DNA of 47,748 bases from Agaricicola taiwanensis (lineage in GTDB: Bacteria > Pseudomonadota > Alphaproteobacteria > Rhizobiales > Methylopilaceae), in assembly GCA_040394255.1 (NCBI GenBank), contig JBEBSP010000001.1, positions 1-47,748 on the forward strand, given 5' to 3'. A model generated the notes under the pieces. It was not told the origin of the DNA and did no database searches. It was given only the letters and a program-made list of their open reading frames with translations. The stretch's first letter is position 1, and each line of letters starts with the position of its first letter. The position numbers and the translations under genes were made by a program. Shown here piece after piece: positions 44,842-47,748 of the stretch.

Positions 44842-45888
44842 ATGACAAAACACATCCGCTCCACCGCCACCCTCATCGCCCTCTCGCTCGGCGTTCTCGG
44901 GCTCGTGCTCGTGCTCTACGCTTGGCGGCTGCCACCCTTCACCCGTTCGGTCGAGACCACCGAGAACGCCTATGTGCGCGGGCGCGTGACCGTGATCGCC
45001 CCGCAGCTCGCCGGCCATCTGGCGGAGGTCGCCGTGCGCGACTTCGAGGAGGTCAAGGCGGGGCAGTTCCTGGTGCGGATCGACGACCGCATCTTCGAGC
45101 AGAAGGCCCGGCAGGCCGAGGCGACGCTTGCGAGCCAGACGGCGGAGCTGGCCAACTCGGAACAGTCGCGCCTGTCGGGCGAGGCACGGGTCAAGGCCGC
45201 CGCCGCGCAGATCGACAGCGCCGAGACGGGCTTGAAGACCGCTCAGGCGAGTTGGGACCGCATCCAGTCGCTGCGCCAGAAGGGCGTCGTCACCCAGAGC
45301 AGCGAGGACGAGAGCCGCGCCGCCCTGGAGCAGGCGCGCGCAGCGCTGGCCCAGGCCCATGCCAATCTCGAGGTCGCCCGACAGGACCTCGCGGCCGTCG
45401 TCGTCGCGCGGCAGGGTCTGGAAGCCGCCGTGAAGGGCGCGGAAGCGGCCTTGCGGCTCGCGCGCATCGACCTCGCCAACACGCGCATCACCGCGCCCTA
45501 CGACGGACGCCTCGGCGAGATCGGCGCGCGCGAGGGACAGTATGTGACGGCGGGCACGCAGCTCATGGCGATCGTACCCAAGGGGTTCTGGGTGACCGCC
45601 AATTTCAAGGAAACCCAGCTTGCGGGGATGAAGGTCGGCCAGCCGGCCACGCTGTCGGTCGACGCCCTCGGCGGCGCACGCCTGACGGGGCACATCCAGG
45701 ACTTCTCGCCCGCCACAGGCTCGGAGTTCAGCGTGCTGAAGGCCGACAACGCCACCGGCAATTTCACCAAGGTGACGCAACGCCTTCCGGTGCGCATCTC
45801 GATCGACCCGGATCAGGCGGAGGCCGCCCGCCTCGCGCCGGGCATGTCAGTGGAGGTCAGCATCGACACCGACGTGCCCGGAGCATGA
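44842..45888 (+). CDS. HlyD/EmrA family membrane fusion protein
   Basis: TENAYV, ANFKETQL and NATGNFTKVTQRLPVRI motifs. Confidence 0.93.
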   Translation: MTKHIRSTATLIALSLGVLGLVLVLYAWRLPPFTRSVETTENAYVRGRVTVIAPQLAGHLAEVAVRDFEEVKAGQFLVRIDDRIFEQKARQAEATLASQTAELANSEQSRLSGEARVKAAAAQIDSAETGLKTAQASWDRIQSLRQKGVVTQSSEDESRAALEQARAALAQAHANLEVARQDLAAVVVARQGLEAAVKGAEAALRLARIDLANTRITAPYDGRLGEIGAREGQYVTAGTQLMAIVPKGFWVTANFKETQLAGMKVGQPATLSVDALGGARLTGHIQDFSPATGSEFSVLKADNATGNFTKVTQRLPVRISIDPDQAEAARLAPGMSVEVSIDTDVPGA

Positions 45889-45894
45889 GGCGGG

Positions 45895-47229
45895 TCAGGC
45901 GTTCAGCGTCTCCATGAAGCGCACCGGCTGCCCATAAGCCTTCTCCGCCAGTTCGCCCTGCCACATGGCGCGGCGGCCACGCACCACCGTGCCGACCGGC
46001 CAGCCGGTGACCTCGACGCCGTCGTAGGGCGTCCAGCCACAGCGCGAGGCGATCCATTCGTTGCGGATGGTCTCGCGGCGCGTGAGGTCGACCACAGTCA
46101 GGTCGGCGTCCATGCCCACCGCGATGCGGCCCTTCCCGGCGATGTTGTAGATGCGCGCCGGGCCGTGGCTGGTGAGGTCGACGAAGCGCTCCAGCGTCAG
46201 CCGGCCGGCGTTGACGTGATCGAGCATGGTGGGGACGAGGGTCTGCACGCCGGTCATGCCCGAGGGCGATGCCGGATAGGGCTTGGCCTTCTCCTCCAGC
46301 GTGTGCGGCGCGTGGTCGGAGCCGAGCACGTCGACCACGCCCTGCTCGATGCCCCACCAGATGCCCTCGCGGTGGGCGGCATCGCGCACCGGTGGGTTCA
46401 TCTGGACGCGTGTACCGAGGCGCTCGTAGGCCTCGGGGCCGGCTAGCGTGAGGTGGTGCGGCGTCGCCTCTACGGTCGCGACATCCTTGTTTTCGGCGAG
46501 GAAGCGCATCTCCTCCGCCGTCGATATGTGCAACACATGTATGCGCGCGCCGGTTTCGCGGGCGATGCGCACCAGCCGTTTCGTGCAGATCAGCGCGGCC
46601 TCGGCATCGCGCCAGACGGGATGGGATGACGGGTCGCCCTCGACGCGCAGGTGCTTGCGCGCCTCCAGCCGAAACTCGTCCTCGGAATGGAACGGCGCGC
46701 GGCGGCGTGTGGCGGACAGGATGGCGGCGACGCCCTCGTCGTCCGCCACCAGCAGCGAGCCAGTGGAGGAACCCATGAAGACCTTGATGCCGGCGCAGCC
46801 CGGCAGCCGCTCCAGCGCGGGGATGTCGGCCACGTTGTCCTTCGTCCCGCCGACGAAGAAGGCGAAATCGCAGTACATGCGGTCCGTGCCGCGGCGAACC
46901 TTGTCGGCCAGCGTCTGGGCGGTGATGGTCAGCGGATTGGTGTTGGGCATCTCGAACACCGCCGTGACGCCGCCCATGACCGCCGCCTTGCTGCCGGTCT
47001 CCAGGTCTTCCTTGTGCTCCATGCCCGGCTCGCGGAAATGGACCTGGGTGTCGATCACGCCGGGCAGGATGTGGAAGCCCGTGCAGTCGACCCGCTCGCC
47101 CGCCTGCGCGGCCGACAGATCGCCCAGCGCCGTGATGCGTCCGCCGGTGACGCCGACGTCGATGCGGCTGCGGCCGTCCTGGTTGACGACGGTGCCGCCG
47201 GCAAAGATCGTGTCGAAGGATGCGGACAT
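45895..47229 (-). CDS. pyrC: dihydroorotase
   Basis: DTQVHFREPG, EMPNT, IKVFMGSSTG, MNPPVR and GSDHAPH motifs; GGAG RBS. Confidence 0.92.
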   Translation of the reverse strand: MSASFDTIFAGGTVVNQDGRSRIDVGVTGGRITALGDLSAAQAGERVDCTGFHILPGVIDTQVHFREPGMEHKEDLETGSKAAVMGGVTAVFEMPNTNPLTITAQTLADKVRRGTDRMYCDFAFFVGGTKDNVADIPALERLPGCAGIKVFMGSSTGSLLVADDEGVAAILSATRRRAPFHSEDEFRLEARKHLRVEGDPSSHPVWRDAEAALICTKRLVRIARETGARIHVLHISTAEEMRFLAENKDVATVEATPHHLTLAGPEAYERLGTRVQMNPPVRDAAHREGIWWGIEQGVVDVLGSDHAPHTLEEKAKPYPASPSGMTGVQTLVPTMLDHVNAGRLTLERFVDLTSHGPARIYNIAGKGRIAVGMDADLTVVDLTRRETIRNEWIASRCGWTPYDGVEVTGWPVGTVVRGRRAMWQGELAEKAYGQPVRFMETLNA

Positions 47230-47305
47230 CTGGCGGTCTCCGGCTTGAGGGTTTGTCTGAGGCGGCATATGTCACACGGGGACCGGGCGCAAGCGAGGGA
47301 CGAGC

Positions 47306-47748
47306 ATGCCGATCGCATATCTTGACGACCGAGGTGTCGTGAGCGTGTCCGGGGAGGATGCCGAAAAATTCCTCCAGGGCATCGTGACCTGCGATCTCGA
47401 CCGCGCCACACCCGCGCGTTTCGGCGCGTTGCTGAGCCCGCAGGGCAAGATCCTGTTCGACTTCCTGCTGATGAGACGCGACGGCGGCTTCCTGCTCGAC
47501 ACCGCCAGGGCCAGCGCGGCGGACCTGGCGAAGCGGCTCGGCTTCTACAAATTGCGCGCCAGGGTGAATGTCGAGGATGTTTCGGATCGGTTCGGCCTGC
47601 TTGCGAGCTGGGACGAGCCCGTGGCCGAGGGCGGTTTCGACGATCCGCGCCTTGCGGCTCTCGGCTGGCGTGCGATCGTCGACCGGGAGACCGCGCCCAT
47701 GATCGCGACGGCGGGCAGCGATGCCTACCACGTCCGCCGCATCGCGCT
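47306..47748 (+). CDS. ygfZ: folate-binding protein YgfZ (5' part; runs off the window; absent from the ORF track)
   Basis: Hand translation MPIAYLDDRGVVSVSGEDAEKFLQGIVTCD...LLSPQGKILFDF...RLGFYKLRARV...DPRL. Confidence 0.9.
   Translation, partial: MPIAYLDDRGVVSVSGEDAEKFLQGIVTCDLDRATPARFGALLSPQGKILFDFLLMRRDGGFLLDTARASAADLAKRLGFYKLRARVNVEDVSDRFGLLASWDEPVAEGGFDDPRLAALGWRAIVDRETAPMIATAGSDAYHVRRIA

Noticed and set aside
1-47748. CRISPR array, tRNA/rRNA genes, prophage, transposase or anti-phage defence system
   Set aside because: No regularly spaced repeats, cloverleaf signatures or matching protein motifs were seen by eye. A tool-based scan would be needed to exclude short or divergent cases.

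Overview
GC-rich alphaproteobacterial chromosomal segment, most likely Hyphomicrobiales/Rhizobiales (inferred from gene content). Bases 1-5466 are the 3' end of a non-flagellar type III secretion operon (sctK fragment, sctL, N, O, Q, R, S, T), with no sctP or sctU in the window. The O-Q and R-S gaps are each bridged by a mini-ORF that overlaps both neighbours (ATGA...GTGA). Next come a small HTH-like ORF and a Q/N-rich micro-protein with a sigma-EcfG-type promoter and its own terminator. The rest is mostly conserved housekeeping genes (dxs, tlyA, rlmD-like, fabI, dnaJ-like, pdxH, corA, xseB, HDAC, csp, gdh, sua5, pyrC, ygfZ). Among them sit signalling and accessory genes: a chemoreceptor and an orphan Tad pseudopilin around a very AT-rich spacer, two GGDEF-EAL proteins, a GAF-HisKA_2 kinase, a MarR-MFS-HlyD efflux unit, a RIME/Bru-RS-like palindromic element, and a hypothetical protein ending in a CheY-binding-like peptide. 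I saw no tRNA, rRNA, CRISPR array, integrase or transposase. All calls come from reading motifs by eye; no database search was run.
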